64,000 bases of DNA from the IMG/VR virus record IMGVR_UViG_3300032523_001141, positions 55,991 through 119,990 of that record; one strand, written 5' to 3'. Position 1 is the stretch's first letter, and each line of letters begins with the position of its first letter. Origin of the DNA: a virus. The position numbers and the translations under genes were made by a program. Shown here in pieces: positions 9,512 through 19,228 of the stretch. Under the pieces are notes generated by a model that saw only the letters and a list, made by a program, of their open reading frames with translations, was not told the DNA's origin and made no database searches.

Positions 9512-10734
9512 AAATTGTTAACTTTGCGTTTTGACGCCGATGACGACGAGGAGCTGCTAGCCGCAGTGGACGAAGAGCCGCTAGAAGAACTGCTAGACAA
9601 ATGCGAAATAACTAGTTCTTTTGTGTCAGGCCCGTACTCGTGATGCTTTTCATACAGCAATACGTGAGGGCCGTAGTTTAAATGCAGCGTTGAAGTCCAG
9701 TCGCCATTTGCGTCTGTAGTTGTGGCGGCTACGGCGAGGTTTCGGGGCGGGAATTGCGGTTCTGACTCGTCAAACGTTTCTTTTTCAAACGCAAACAAGT
9801 ACGCGTCGGCGACGGGGTTGTCTTCAGCCGTGCGGTATCGCAGGTCGCCGCCGTTGTAGCTGGACGTTACCGCGACGCACCCGGTACCTAGAATCGGCAC
9901 GTCTGGGTAATCTGGCTCATCGTGCGCTAACTGTATTGTATACGCTATGTTGGCAAACGGGATTAAACCCATGATGACTTCATAAATAAGCGGCACACCA
10001 CGAATAGCTGCAGCGACTTTTATGTCATCAATTCGCCACCGCTCGTCGGTTTTGTCGTTGATCCAAATATCGCGGTAATTTAATCCCGGGAAACCTATGA
10101 CTCGCGCTGTGACAACTGGATTCTCGCGCGTAGAGCCGCGGAGCTTGTCGTCTGAATCTTCTTGAATAATTTGCGGGCTTAAATCCCAACACTGCATAGC
10201 AAGCGGTGGATGATAACCACCCTCGTAATTTGTGCCGTAGCAGAGCGGGCAGTCGCCATTGGACGCTTCTTGCGTTAGGGTTTCGCGGCATCTTGAGCAG
10301 GGCGTGCCATAACGCAGGATCTTAAGCAGATAGCCGCTTGTCGATACTTTCTGATGCCGCAACGTTTCTTTGCGAATAATCTCGCGCGCGGTAACCCAGT
10401 CGTGTTCCGCTAATTCTCCCCAGCAAGACGCCGGAGCTGAAACGTACTCCCCAGTCGCTGTTGTTAAAATTACGCGATAATGACTAATAATTAAATCGCC
10501 GGCGTCGCGGCGTTTTGCGTCAGTAGCGTAAACGACGTTAGTTACCGGCGCGCCTACTGTACGCCAGTTATGCGCGTCAGGCAGCCCGGTGTCGCTGGTC
10601 TGCAATTGAAATACGTACGGGCCCGGGTCATTAAAACTGGGCTCAAGCTGCCACCAAACGCGCGTAACGCCCCGGATCATGTGATCTACGGAAACGCGCC
10701 TAAACGGGTAAGACTTTTGCAGCGACATAGGCAT
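9499..10734 (-). CDS. Putative neck/head-closure protein with Zn-finger and C-terminal extension
   Basis: CSRC...CPLCYGTNYEGGY motif, neck-region context, poly-Ser near the C-terminus. Confidence 0.5.
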   Translation of the reverse strand: MPMSLQKSYPFRRVSVDHMIRGVTRVWWQLEPSFNDPGPYVFQLQTSDTGLPDAHNWRTVGAPVTNVVYATDAKRRDAGDLIISHYRVILTTATGEYVSAPASCWGELAEHDWVTAREIIRKETLRHQKVSTSGYLLKILRYGTPCSRCRETLTQEASNGDCPLCYGTNYEGGYHPPLAMQCWDLSPQIIQEDSDDKLRGSTRENPVVTARVIGFPGLNYRDIWINDKTDERWRIDDIKVAAAIRGVPLIYEVIMGLIPFANIAYTIQLAHDEPDYPDVPILGTGCVAVTSSYNGGDLRYRTAEDNPVADAYLFAFEKETFDESEPQFPPRNLAVAATTTDANGDWTSTLHLNYGPHVLLYEKHHEYGPDTKELVISHLSSSSSSGSSSTAASSSSSSSASKRKVNNFWEI

Positions 10735-10779
10735 TACCGGCGCAAGCAGTAAAACGTTATTATGACCGCGCTGATAGCT

Positions 10780-10819
10780 AAAAAAAAGGGGTTGCGGTCT
10801 TGGACTACCGGAAACCCCT
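10780..10819 (-). terminator. Intrinsic terminator
   Basis: AGGGGTTTCCGGT...ACCGCAACCCC followed by T8 on the minus strand. Confidence 0.65.
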
Positions 10820-10845
10820 AAGATAACATAGCCGAACGAGCAAGA

Positions 10846-11202
10846 TCAGCAGCCGGCCGGTTGAAGCACTCGGCCGGATACGACGCGAGTACCCGGCTTT
10901 CGGCCGGTGTTCTTGATCTCCACAGCGACGCCGAGACTAATCAAGCGATTTGCCTTATGTGGCTTGAAGATATAGTTATTTCCGATTATTCGGTCGGGAA
11001 GGAACGGATTACGGTCCAACCCTCGGTTACCGTGCGGATGCGCGTCCAGAAACTTTTCCGCAACCTTTTGCCGCAGCGTGTAAAAACGAATCGCCGTCAG
11101 TGGCCGAAGGCCCTGCAGCTCACGACCAAAATTAATACGGGCCCGAATTTCGCGCATCGTAATCGCGCACTCACACAACCAAGGCATGGCGCTCTTTGCC
11201 AT
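10846..11202 (-). CDS. Hypothetical basic protein
   Basis: 118 aa, SD AGGAG 6 nt before ATG, followed by a terminator. Confidence 0.55.
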   Translation of the reverse strand: MAKSAMPWLCECAITMREIRARINFGRELQGLRPLTAIRFYTLRQKVAEKFLDAHPHGNRGLDRNPFLPDRIIGNNYIFKPHKANRLISLGVAVEIKNTGRKPGTRVVSGRVLQPAGC

Positions 11203-11310
11203 TGTCAGCTCCTGTCGGCCTTGAACATGCAGTTATTACGCATAACCGCTCCTTAGGTAAACCGACGCCATAAATTTAGCGCCGGCTTGTCTTGCCGCTT
11301 GGCGCGCAAA

Positions 11311-11387
11311 AAAAAACGCGCCAAAAAACGACATACGCTAACGCAAAATGATAGCTATTTAATATGCCGCTTTTTTGCGCGTTTTTT
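11311..11387. repeat. Imperfect 25-bp inverted repeat (terminator or operator-like)
   Basis: AAAAAACGCGCCAAAAAACGACATA (11311-11335) vs TATGCCGCTTTTTTGCGCGTTTTTT (11363-11387). Confidence 0.6.
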
Positions 11388-11392
11388 AGCTG

Positions 11393-12400
11393 TTAATAAC
11401 GCGAGCGAATACCTGACGAGTATGCGCCGTATTGATATAAAGAGCCCACCTCGCCGTAGCCGCCCTCGAGGTTAATAGACGCCTTTTTACCGCGCACCCA
11501 TTCTCGGTAAGCCTGCCACCGAGCCTGCCCAGCGCGCTCGTAATTGGCTTCTTTATTTTGGTCGCTAATCTGCACCCCAGCCGCTGAGTAATCTAACTGA
11601 TTGCGGCGGTACTGCTCCGCCACCATAAAAAACAAATTAGCGCAAATACCTTCAAGCCAATGATATCTAAACGGAAAATTCTGCGTCGTGAACGTGCCGA
11701 TTGGCGGCGGTACTTCATTCCAATACTGAACAGGCCGCTGGATAGCCAAAGCAATTTCCGCGTCGTCGAACATTAGGTTATCGAGCAGAAAACTCTCGCC
11801 GGGGGCAGAGTCGCGTAGGTGCAGCCTGATTTCAGCTATTGATGGTGGGCCGTCTGGCGTAGCGTTTCCGTGCAAACTACGCGAGATAATTAACGAGAAG
11901 ATATTTGAGAAAACTACGCACGGGGATACTGCCGGGTCTTCACTTACCGTCACTAAAGCAGCTTCGGCGTAGTATATGCCCGGAAACGCCGCCAAGGCCG
12001 CTGTAAGGGCAAACTGCACCTTGCCCACCGCGGCGTCAGTTATTTGCCCGATTAACTCTGTTGGAGCCTGCTGGTTGCCCAGCGAGATCTGTTCTTTTAC
12101 TCGAAGCGTAATCGCGTACCCCGCGACCTGCGCCACCCCCGCGCTAAATCCGACGGTTGTCAGATCTACAGGGTGCCCTGCGTTATCGTGCAATTGCCAG
12201 TCAATTGTTGCGCACTGCCCCTGATTAATGCTGATAGCGCGCATTCGGGTCAAAACGGGCTGGCCGTTAACAGTCGAAACAGGCGCGCTGACGACGTTTT
12301 GTGTAACGGCGGATACCGGGGTAAGCGGCGATGGTGCCAGTTCGTTTACATTGCAGCACGGGGCAGCTGGCGCCGAGCCGGGAGTCGCAATTACGACCAT
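11393..12400 (-). CDS. Putative head-tail adaptor/neck protein with N-terminal beta-sandwich
   Basis: 335 aa. Helical C-terminal domain (EIRLHLRD...FDDAEI...WNEVPP...RNQLDYSAAG). Located after the capsid genes. Confidence 0.55.
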   Translation of the reverse strand: MVVIATPGSAPAAPCCNVNELAPSPLTPVSAVTQNVVSAPVSTVNGQPVLTRMRAISINQGQCATIDWQLHDNAGHPVDLTTVGFSAGVAQVAGYAITLRVKEQISLGNQQAPTELIGQITDAAVGKVQFALTAALAAFPGIYYAEAALVTVSEDPAVSPCVVFSNIFSLIISRSLHGNATPDGPPSIAEIRLHLRDSAPGESFLLDNLMFDDAEIALAIQRPVQYWNEVPPPIGTFTTQNFPFRYHWLEGICANLFFMVAEQYRRNQLDYSAAGVQISDQNKEANYERAGQARWQAYREWVRGKKASINLEGGYGEVGSLYQYGAYSSGIRSRY

Positions 12401-12423
12401 GTTTCACCTCATTGGGGAAAAAT

Positions 12424-12450
12424 AAAAGGCTGACCCGAAGGCCAGCCTTT
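12424..12450 (-). terminator. Intrinsic terminator after capsid operon
   Basis: AAAGGCTGGCC-TTCG-GGTCAGCC-TTTTATTTT, with a cUUCGg tetraloop. Confidence 0.75.
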
Positions 12451-12485
12451 GTATCTTATCACGACGAATCGCAATAATTAAATTG

Positions 12486-12809
12486 TCAATCAAAGCCCGC
12501 CGGCGATGCAGTGCCCAGCGTGTTGCTGGACAGATTGACCTCGTCGATGCTGTTGTCAGCTGTATCGGTAAGGTAAACCGCCGGAGACTTAGTGATAACC
12601 AGGTCTCCGCTATTGAGCGCCTTCTCGAGCGCCTTAAACGCCCGCTGCGAGCCTTTACCGCCGTTGCCAAGCTTAGCTACGAGATCGCCGGGCACAGTGT
12701 ACGTGCCGTTGTCCGCGAGCCGCTTGCCGTGGGCGCCAAGAAAACCAAAGGTCGCTTCCGCGCCTGAGATGTTCTTAACTGTTGTGTATAAACCGGGTAC
12801 AAGTGCCAT
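12486..12809 (-). CDS. Small virion protein (possible head decoration)
   Basis: 107 aa, SD GGAG, in the capsid operon. Confidence 0.5.
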   Translation of the reverse strand: MALVPGLYTTVKNISGAEATFGFLGAHGKRLADNGTYTVPGDLVAKLGNGGKGSQRAFKALEKALNSGDLVITKSPAVYLTDTADNSIDEVNLSSNTLGTASPAGFD

Positions 12810-12828
12810 TGTTCACTCCGTTTGTTAG

Positions 12829-13212
12829 TTAGCCTGCGTCTTGAGCGGCAATCGCCAGCGCGGCCTGCAGACGCAACACCGCGTCAGCGATGTGCGGCTG
12901 CTGGGCCACGACGTCGGCAGCTTGATTAAACGCCGCAACCTTTTCCGAGCCGGCCAGACCGGCAGCGACAAGAACAGCGTCGAGCTGCTCGTTGGCGCTA
13001 GCCAGTTTGGACGTTTCGACCGCGGCGGCCTTTTGCTGCTCTGCCGTATAGAGCACGTGAAGTTTCTGGGCTGCAGCCCACATACCCGAGGCTTCACTTT
13101 CATTACGCGGACGAATGCCGTGCGCTGAAAGCTTCTCGAAGAAGTAGGGCGCCGCCAGCTCGTTTACGAGTACCGCAACGCTCTGATCGGCGGCTTGCTT
13201 AACCTGATCCAT
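12829..13212 (-). CDS. Hypothetical head-associated protein (KxA motifs)
   Basis: 127 aa helical; VKQAA, QKAAA, EKVAA; SD AAGGAG. Confidence 0.6.
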   Translation of the reverse strand: MDQVKQAADQSVAVLVNELAAPYFFEKLSAHGIRPRNESEASGMWAAAQKLHVLYTAEQQKAAAVETSKLASANEQLDAVLVAAGLAGSEKVAAFNQAADVVAQQPHIADAVLRLQAALAIAAQDAG

Positions 13213-13238
13213 GTCATGTGCTCCTTGTTACGTTGTTA

Positions 13239-14168
13239 TCACTTGAAGTCCACGCGAGCGAGACCGTTCGTATGACCGAACGAGCCGCCCTGCGTGTTGT
13301 AGGCGAAGTACTCAAGCATGAACGCCTCACGACGGATATACATCGTGGTGGGCTCGAGCTCGTAGTTCTTGCCGATGAACTTCGGCGACGCGAACATGTA
13401 CATCGTGTCCGTCGGGACAAGACCGGTCTTGATCGTGACGATCCAACGGCAGTTGAGGAAATTGGTTTCCGCCCAGCCGTTCTTGATGATGTCTTGCGAG
13501 AAGTCACCACCCATCTCGTCGCGACCGAACTTGAGGAGCTCCTTGATCGTGAGGTTATTCACGAGGCAGGTTTCAACCTCAAAATGCGACGGCGTACGGG
13601 GCATGATCTTGAGAGCATCAACCAGCGTCTCGCGGGTGATACCACCATAGATTTCCTCGTACTGCACAGCGCCCGAAGCGAGGTTAGTCGCGCCGGGAGT
13701 GTCGCCAAGAACGGCGTTAAGAGCAGCAATAAACTTCGAGTCTTCCTCGGCGAGCATGTCCTTGATCATGTTGTCCGACAGAACCTGTCGGATGTCCATG
13801 ACGTACGTACGCAGCTCGTCGACGTCCTTAACAGCGCGGGGCGACACGATCCGGTCAAACATGACGCGGTAGCGAGGGCCACGGATGTAAAAGTTAATCG
13901 GGAGCGTCGCGAACGGAAGCGACACAGCCGCCGGGGAATCGGGCTCCTTGTCCACAACCTTAACGGGCTTGTCAGTATCAACCTGACGGTCGAGCTCGTC
14001 GTTGGTGATGGTCAGCGGCGGCATAATCCGCCGGTAGAACCCGTCTTCACGCATCTTGGTGCGCGTGAAGTCGTTAACCGCATCAATGGCCTGCTTTTGC
14101 ATGCCGGGGGTGTCGAGCTGCTCAAAGAGAGTCTCGTTAAGCAGCTGGATTTCTTGCTGAGTGGGCAT
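13239..14168 (-). CDS. Major capsid protein (probable HK97 fold)
   Basis: 309 aa, SD GGAGG, strong codon bias, follows protease and scaffold. TKMREDGFYRRIMPP...IKDMLAEEDSKF pattern. Confidence 0.8.
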   Translation of the reverse strand: MPTQQEIQLLNETLFEQLDTPGMQKQAIDAVNDFTRTKMREDGFYRRIMPPLTITNDELDRQVDTDKPVKVVDKEPDSPAAVSLPFATLPINFYIRGPRYRVMFDRIVSPRAVKDVDELRTYVMDIRQVLSDNMIKDMLAEEDSKFIAALNAVLGDTPGATNLASGAVQYEEIYGGITRETLVDALKIMPRTPSHFEVETCLVNNLTIKELLKFGRDEMGGDFSQDIIKNGWAETNFLNCRWIVTIKTGLVPTDTMYMFASPKFIGKNYELEPTTMYIRREAFMLEYFAYNTQGGSFGHTNGLARVDFK

Positions 14169-14207
14169 TGTTGGAACCTCCGTGTTCCGGTGAAGTTAAA
14201 AGGTTAA

Positions 14208-14768
14208 TTATTCCGCAGTGCCGGGGAGATAAGCGCTCCAAAAGGAGAGAGTATCAACGCCGTTGTGGTTGACATGCTTGCCGCTCGATACGACGCCGAC
14301 GACCGGCGTGACGTATACAGTGACAGCAGCGTTCGTAAGAACACCGGCTGTAGCAGCAGAGCCAGAAGAGGTGCCAGTCGGGGCCGTCAGCAGATCGCCG
14401 GGGGCGTACGACAGATTGGCGTTGAACTCAGTCGAGTCAATTTCGTAACCGCCAGTCGCAACTACGCCAGACAACTTACCAGACGGCGAGATTGCCTGAT
14501 GCATAAACCGACCAGACGCAGTTGTGCCCGGGTTGGACACATCGGCATCGGACGAGCCATTCAGCAGGAAGATTGCAACGTCGGTGTTGCGTACGCCGGG
14601 CAGAAAAACTTCTGCGCCGCCGACAACCTCGAGATGCACAACTCGGCCGCGGGGGACTACGAAGCTGACAGTACCCAGCTTAGCCGAGTAGTCGAGCGAC
14701 GCCATGTCGAACCAGCCCTTTTTGATATCAAGGCCATGTTCGAAAGGAAGATCAGGAGAAACAGCCAT
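14208..14768 (-). CDS. Putative capsid decoration/cement protein
   Basis: 186 aa Gly/Thr-rich beta protein (YAPGDLLT) immediately upstream of the major capsid gene. Confidence 0.55.
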   Translation of the reverse strand: MAVSPDLPFEHGLDIKKGWFDMASLDYSAKLGTVSFVVPRGRVVHLEVVGGAEVFLPGVRNTDVAIFLLNGSSDADVSNPGTTASGRFMHQAISPSGKLSGVVATGGYEIDSTEFNANLSYAPGDLLTAPTGTSSGSAATAGVLTNAAVTVYVTPVVGVVSSGKHVNHNGVDTLSFWSAYLPGTAE

Positions 14769-14814
14769 TGTAAGACCTCCGTGTCTTATTGGTGGTGAAG
14801 TAACGTATTAGAAA

Positions 14815-15237
14815 TCAACTCGTGGGCGGATTAAGACCAAGACCTGTGAACAACTTAATGTCACTTGCCCTGAGCTTGCCGTCACGAGCTCCCACGTACG
14901 AGCTTGTGACGCTAGTATTCGGATCGTACCCGGCCGACTTCTGCGTTACCGGCGCACCAATGCGAGCCATTTCGGCGGCATTCTTGTGCGACGCTAACTT
15001 AATGACCAGTTCCATAGCGCGAACTGGATCTTGCAGAGCAGCGGCCAGCGCTTCCTTCTGGTGCGATTCGATGCGCTCGTTTTCAGTGCACGCCTTCACA
15101 GCCTCGGGAATTAACTGAGCAATTTTCTCTTGCTGCGCGTCGCGACTAGCGAGCACCGACGCAGCCTTGCTCATCGCGACATCGGAAAAACCGATGTAGT
15201 CGATGACTTTTTGAACTAACTGATTCGTATCAGGCAT
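14815..15237 (-). CDS. Hypothetical head morphogenesis protein
   Basis: 140 aa helical, SD GGAGG. Confidence 0.6.
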   Translation of the reverse strand: MPDTNQLVQKVIDYIGFSDVAMSKAASVLASRDAQQEKIAQLIPEAVKACTENERIESHQKEALAAALQDPVRAMELVIKLASHKNAAEMARIGAPVTQKSAGYDPNTSVTSSYVGARDGKLRASDIKLFTGLGLNPPTS

Positions 15238-15255
15238 GGAAACCTCCGTTTAAGT

Positions 15256-16536
15256 TCAGCGACCAACGAGTTCGCGCACATGATCTTTCATGATGTCTCG
15301 CAGATGGCGCGACCGCTTGGTGCGAGCCTCTTTGACTTGAAAATTACCGGAACTCTGAAAATTAATAACAGCGTTACCGATCATTTGTAGCTCCCGAGCA
15401 GCCGCCATTTTCGGAGCCATCTCGGGCGCCATTTCAGGGGCCATCTCAGGAGCCATCTCCGGGGCCATCGCCCCTTCGCCACCGCCCTCGGCGGCAAGAC
15501 TCTGAAGCAGCGCTTCAGGCGGAATGCCAAGTTCTTGTAATGCCATCGCCAACTCTTGCAGCGCCTCGTCTTCAGACGGCGGAGCCTGCTCAAGTCCGGG
15601 CTCGCCGCCCGGTGCCGCGCCGCCCATCATTTCTTCAACGCTAACAGCTGGCGCTTCTTCGCCGCCTTCAGCTTCGCCCTCTTCGGCGTGATCTTCGCCT
15701 TCTTCAGCGGCGTCGTCGTCAGCTTGCTTCGCTGTGTAGAACCCAACGAACAGGTCAGCCATCTCGTCAGCTTCGCGCAGGGTGTTCGCGCATACGTCGC
15801 GGACACTGGCCTCGGCCGCAGCCTTATCCAGACCAAGCGCAGCGGCTAACTCGTAGCCAGCCGAAAAAGCGGCAGCCTTGTCGTTATTACGCAGCGCGGC
15901 AAAGTCGGAAGCCTCAAGCTTGCCGTCACGGGGGTCGACGTCGAGCTTGTGTTGGTTGCCCTTTAAATTGCCGCTATTGTCTTTTTTTTCTGTCACCGCT
16001 TCGGCAACGTCTTTTTCAGCCTTTTTAAAAGTAGCTGTTCCGAAGTTGACGAGGTCAGCCAGAATCTCGTTACCAAGATTGCTGCACTTGGTGTGAGCTT
16101 GTTTGAACGATACGTGGCTGTACTTCTCGCCGTCGTTGGTCTTGGCGGGATGCGAGGTGCCTGGGTCGTCTTTCGTACCCTTGTAATCTTTTTCAGCGGA
16201 CGGATCTTCGCCTGTCGCAGCGGCGTTGGTGTTGATGTTTAATTGAACATCGTCCTGACGACCTTCTTGCGACATCTCAGGTGTGTTATCAACAGCGAGG
16301 GCACCCTGCTGTTTCTTAACATCAGCCTCGTACTCAGACGCACGAGCGCCAGTCGTTGCCTTCTGCACATCGTTATCGACGTGCGCGCTGGGGTGCGTCG
16401 ACGCGCCCTGATACCCACCCGGGTCAGCGGGAACCGGCGAGGCCTGCTTAGCAGCCGCGACCTTTTCCGCGTTCTGAGAAATTTCTTCAGCCAGCGCGTT
16501 CAGTTGCGCGAAGAGCGAACGTTGCATCCGTGCCAT
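15256..16536 (-). CDS. Prohead scaffold/core protein
   Basis: Acidic, Ala-rich, many KxA motifs, PEMA repeats. Lies between protease and major capsid gene. SD AAGGAG before MARMQ. Confidence 0.6.
   Translation of the reverse strand: MARMQRSLFAQLNALAEEISQNAEKVAAAKQASPVPADPGGYQGASTHPSAHVDNDVQKATTGARASEYEADVKKQQGALAVDNTPEMSQEGRQDDVQLNINTNAAATGEDPSAEKDYKGTKDDPGTSHPAKTNDGEKYSHVSFKQAHTKCSNLGNEILADLVNFGTATFKKAEKDVAEAVTEKKDNSGNLKGNQHKLDVDPRDGKLEASDFAALRNNDKAAAFSAGYELAAALGLDKAAAEASVRDVCANTLREADEMADLFVGFYTAKQADDDAAEEGEDHAEEGEAEGGEEAPAVSVEEMMGGAAPGGEPGLEQAPPSEDEALQELAMALQELGIPPEALLQSLAAEGGGEGAMAPEMAPEMAPEMAPEMAPKMAAARELQMIGNAVINFQSSGNFQVKEARTKRSRHLRDIMKDHVRELVGR
15404..15468 (-). repeat. Degenerate 12-bp tandem repeat encoding (MAPE)n
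   Basis: MAPEMAPEMAPEMAPEMAPKM in the scaffold protein. Confidence 0.8.
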
Positions 16537-16578
16537 AGTTGTCTCCTTTGTACACCGCACATTTTATGTCGGCGTTTG

Positions 16579-18054
16579 TTACATCACATAATTCTGCATA
16601 ACACAATGCTGTGCTGTCAACCCATCAGCATCATATTTTTTCATGATTTCCGAGAACGCAGCAATTTTATACAGAGCGTAATGACGCGCAAGGGCTTTCA
16701 CTGCCGCACTGCTTGTTTCTGCTTTCTTAGTCATCGATTGAAAATTTGTTTCGTTAATAGCCGCCGGCGTTGCATTACGAATCACAGCCAGATAAGCGCG
16801 CTTTTCAACGGCTTTCGGCAACATGCTTCGCGTAGCTGCAACCCGTTCTGCCCAACTGTGAAGTCGGGCATTTGCTGCATATGCTGGATTATAAGCATTT
16901 TGCTCCAAACTTGAAACAATATCTTGCTCAGCAGCCAACTTTGAAAATATGCCGGGCAGGGCGTCGGTCACGGACGTAACCAATTCTTGTCCAGCGGCCT
17001 TAACAGTGAGGTTTAAAAAGTCCTTAACAGGCAGGATAACGCCCGCATCAGCAAGCGCGCGAAAAGCTTCAGCCAGTTTTACGTTGGCTAGTTCCGCGAT
17101 ATTAATTGTTTCCTGTACAGCCGGCGATTCGGCCAATACTGTCTTAGCCCAATTGCGGCCAAAGTCAGGGGCAGACTCGGCAGAGGCTAGCTTTTCTAGG
17201 GCAATAAGTTGCCCACGGGTATGCGCTGAAACGCCGTCTAAGTCTAAAAACATAGGGGCGGTAACGCCAAGCTGCTCTGCCAACTCAGCGCCGGAAATTA
17301 CGCCGGCGGACGCTGCTTTGAGGCGCCCCGAAATATAGGCAATACGATCGGCTGGGCGGTAAACATGAGAAATGTCAAAGAATCGAGGTTGGGTATTATC
17401 GGCGAATAAAATACTGCCGTCATACGCGCACTTGCCCATGTTGTGTTTTAAACCGCCGGCCTTGCAGTGCCCGCCGTTTTCAATTGAGTCGCAGTACTCC
17501 GCGCGGGTGCGGGCTTTGTTGCCACAATGGCTGCAAACGTCAAACGGAATGGTGCACGCCATAGACACGCCGATATCGTCGCCGTTGGCCAGCTTCTCGA
17601 GTTCTTTATCGGCTAATAACCCGCCGTTGTGGTCAGCCGCTTCTTTTGTCGCGTTGAGCACGCAGACAAGTTCAATGCGCCTCATGGGATCGTGGTACGC
17701 CGAGGCCTTTACGATTCCGTAGCTTTTAGCCGGATTTTTGTTGATATGGTCGCGGTAAAATCTTGCATGCTTAACAAACGTATCGTGATATTTTTCGCAG
17801 CATGCGCGTTTGAAACCGTCACCGTTACGATTGGGGCCGTAATCTTCAGTGGCGCCAATTGCAATTAAGTGCACAGGAACTTCATCTTTTGCGAATTTAA
17901 TGTGCTGCATTTTGTGCACAAATTCTGCGCCAGCCCGCTTTACAAGGTCAAGCTTATCGGCGCCAATAATCCCGCGGCTAGAAATTTTGATAAGCGACGC
18001 AACCGGTTCGCTGAAGTCTTGCGAATTTGGCTGGATAACCTTGATCATGCTCAT
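16579..18054 (-). CDS. Prohead maturation protease with Zn-binding insert
   Basis: NRNGDGF, FYRDH, GVSMACTIPFDVCSHCGN...CDS...C, FFDISHVYRPAD motifs typical of phage prohead serine proteases; lies upstream of scaffold and capsid. Confidence 0.75.
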   Translation of the reverse strand: MSMIKVIQPNSQDFSEPVASLIKISSRGIIGADKLDLVKRAGAEFVHKMQHIKFAKDEVPVHLIAIGATEDYGPNRNGDGFKRACCEKYHDTFVKHARFYRDHINKNPAKSYGIVKASAYHDPMRRIELVCVLNATKEAADHNGGLLADKELEKLANGDDIGVSMACTIPFDVCSHCGNKARTRAEYCDSIENGGHCKAGGLKHNMGKCAYDGSILFADNTQPRFFDISHVYRPADRIAYISGRLKAASAGVISGAELAEQLGVTAPMFLDLDGVSAHTRGQLIALEKLASAESAPDFGRNWAKTVLAESPAVQETINIAELANVKLAEAFRALADAGVILPVKDFLNLTVKAAGQELVTSVTDALPGIFSKLAAEQDIVSSLEQNAYNPAYAANARLHSWAERVAATRSMLPKAVEKRAYLAVIRNATPAAINETNFQSMTKKAETSSAAVKALARHYALYKIAAFSEIMKKYDADGLTAQHCVMQNYVM

Positions 18055-18055
18055 G

Positions 18056-19228
18056 TTATTTTTCCTGCTTTGTTGTTGCGGGAACATTGTTAAACGCGCG
18101 GTCTGTCGCGTTGCCGAGAATCCGCCCAAGAAGATTAGTGATCGCGCTCGCGCCGACGGCGCCCAAGCCGCCGCCACCGACACGCGCAATGCGCCGCCCG
18201 GTAGTGCCCTTTAAATGCGGCTTAACATCTGTTAGTGTTCGCCCGCTGGGTACGCCTTTGTTGTTTCTAATCATCTCATCAAGAATCGCTGCGCGGCGGG
18301 CTTGCTCAGCCGGTGTTCCGCCCGGACTTTGCGTCCGCACAATAGCTTCAGCATCTTGCAATTTTCCAGCTAAGCCTGCGCGCGCGGCTTGAAATTGTTT
18401 AAGTTGTGTATTGTACGCTGCTGCGTCGCCCCGCCACGCTTTGACCTCGTTATTGTATGCCGCTACGGCGTTGTTGTAATCAGTCATTGCCGTTACACTG
18501 CTCGGGTGGCCGTAGATGAAGCCGGGGAGCGTTTCGGGGCTGCGCGGCATAACCGGTGCCGGTCTAAGTCTAGGCGGTACTGCCGGCAGAGCGTCTAAAC
18601 TAGCCGCGATGGGCTGGTTGCGCTGGTTATGCGCCTCAAAAATTTTCTTTAAAACCCCGTATTCGTTTTTTGCTGCCGGACCTGTTTTACCTTTCGTGGC
18701 CTTACCGGCCGCGTCAGCGAGGCGAGCAAGAGAGCCGTGATCCGGCTTAGTGCCGGTTACTCTGTCGTAAAGCCAGCCGCCGGATCGGGCGCCGCCAACA
18801 CCGCCGGCTACGCCGCCCGCGAGCACGGCCGCACCGCCAAGCGGAGTCGAGTTCGGCCCGCCATAAACGCTCCCCGGCGGTTCTTTTTTACCGGCCGTGT
18901 CGGCTGCCGGGGCCGCAGCAGGGTCGGCCTTTGCCGAAAGCATTTCTTTGACTACCGGCGTCAATGCCGCGCCAGCAAATCCACCTAGTCCGCCCGTCAG
19001 CGCGCCGTATAGCGCATTACGCTGTTTCTGCTTTTCTTTGCCCGATGTCCCGAAATAACCGCTAGCGCCGCCGATTCCCGCGCCAATAAGTGGCATGTAC
19101 ATTAACGAACTAATAGCTGATTTAATTAGTCCACTTTCAGCGGCTTCTTTTTGCAAGCCGGCGCTATTGCCGGTAGTCGCATAAACACCGAGAAGGCTAG
19201 CAAATTTTTCAGTTGTCTGCTCGTTCAT
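18056..19228 (-). CDS. Gly/Ala-rich protein with glycine-zipper hydrophobic segments (candidate internal virion protein)
   Basis: GAGIGGASG, GALTGGLGG, AGGVAGGVGG; N-terminal EKFA, QKEAA, IKSA. Confidence 0.6.
   Translation of the reverse strand: MNEQTTEKFASLLGVYATTGNSAGLQKEAAESGLIKSAISSLMYMPLIGAGIGGASGYFGTSGKEKQKQRNALYGALTGGLGGFAGAALTPVVKEMLSAKADPAAAPAADTAGKKEPPGSVYGGPNSTPLGGAAVLAGGVAGGVGGARSGGWLYDRVTGTKPDHGSLARLADAAGKATKGKTGPAAKNEYGVLKKIFEAHNQRNQPIAASLDALPAVPPRLRPAPVMPRSPETLPGFIYGHPSSVTAMTDYNNAVAAYNNEVKAWRGDAAAYNTQLKQFQAARAGLAGKLQDAEAIVRTQSPGGTPAEQARRAAILDEMIRNNKGVPSGRTLTDVKPHLKGTTGRRIARVGGGGLGAVGASAITNLLGRILGNATDRAFNNVPATTKQEK

Noticed and set aside
10861-11256. 131-aa plus-strand ORF
   Set aside because: The overlapping minus-strand ORF has an SD and a downstream terminator; this one has neither
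13218-14207. 329-aa plus-strand ORF antisense to the major capsid gene
   Set aside because: Shadow ORF produced by the strong codon bias of the capsid gene; no SD and no recognisable motifs
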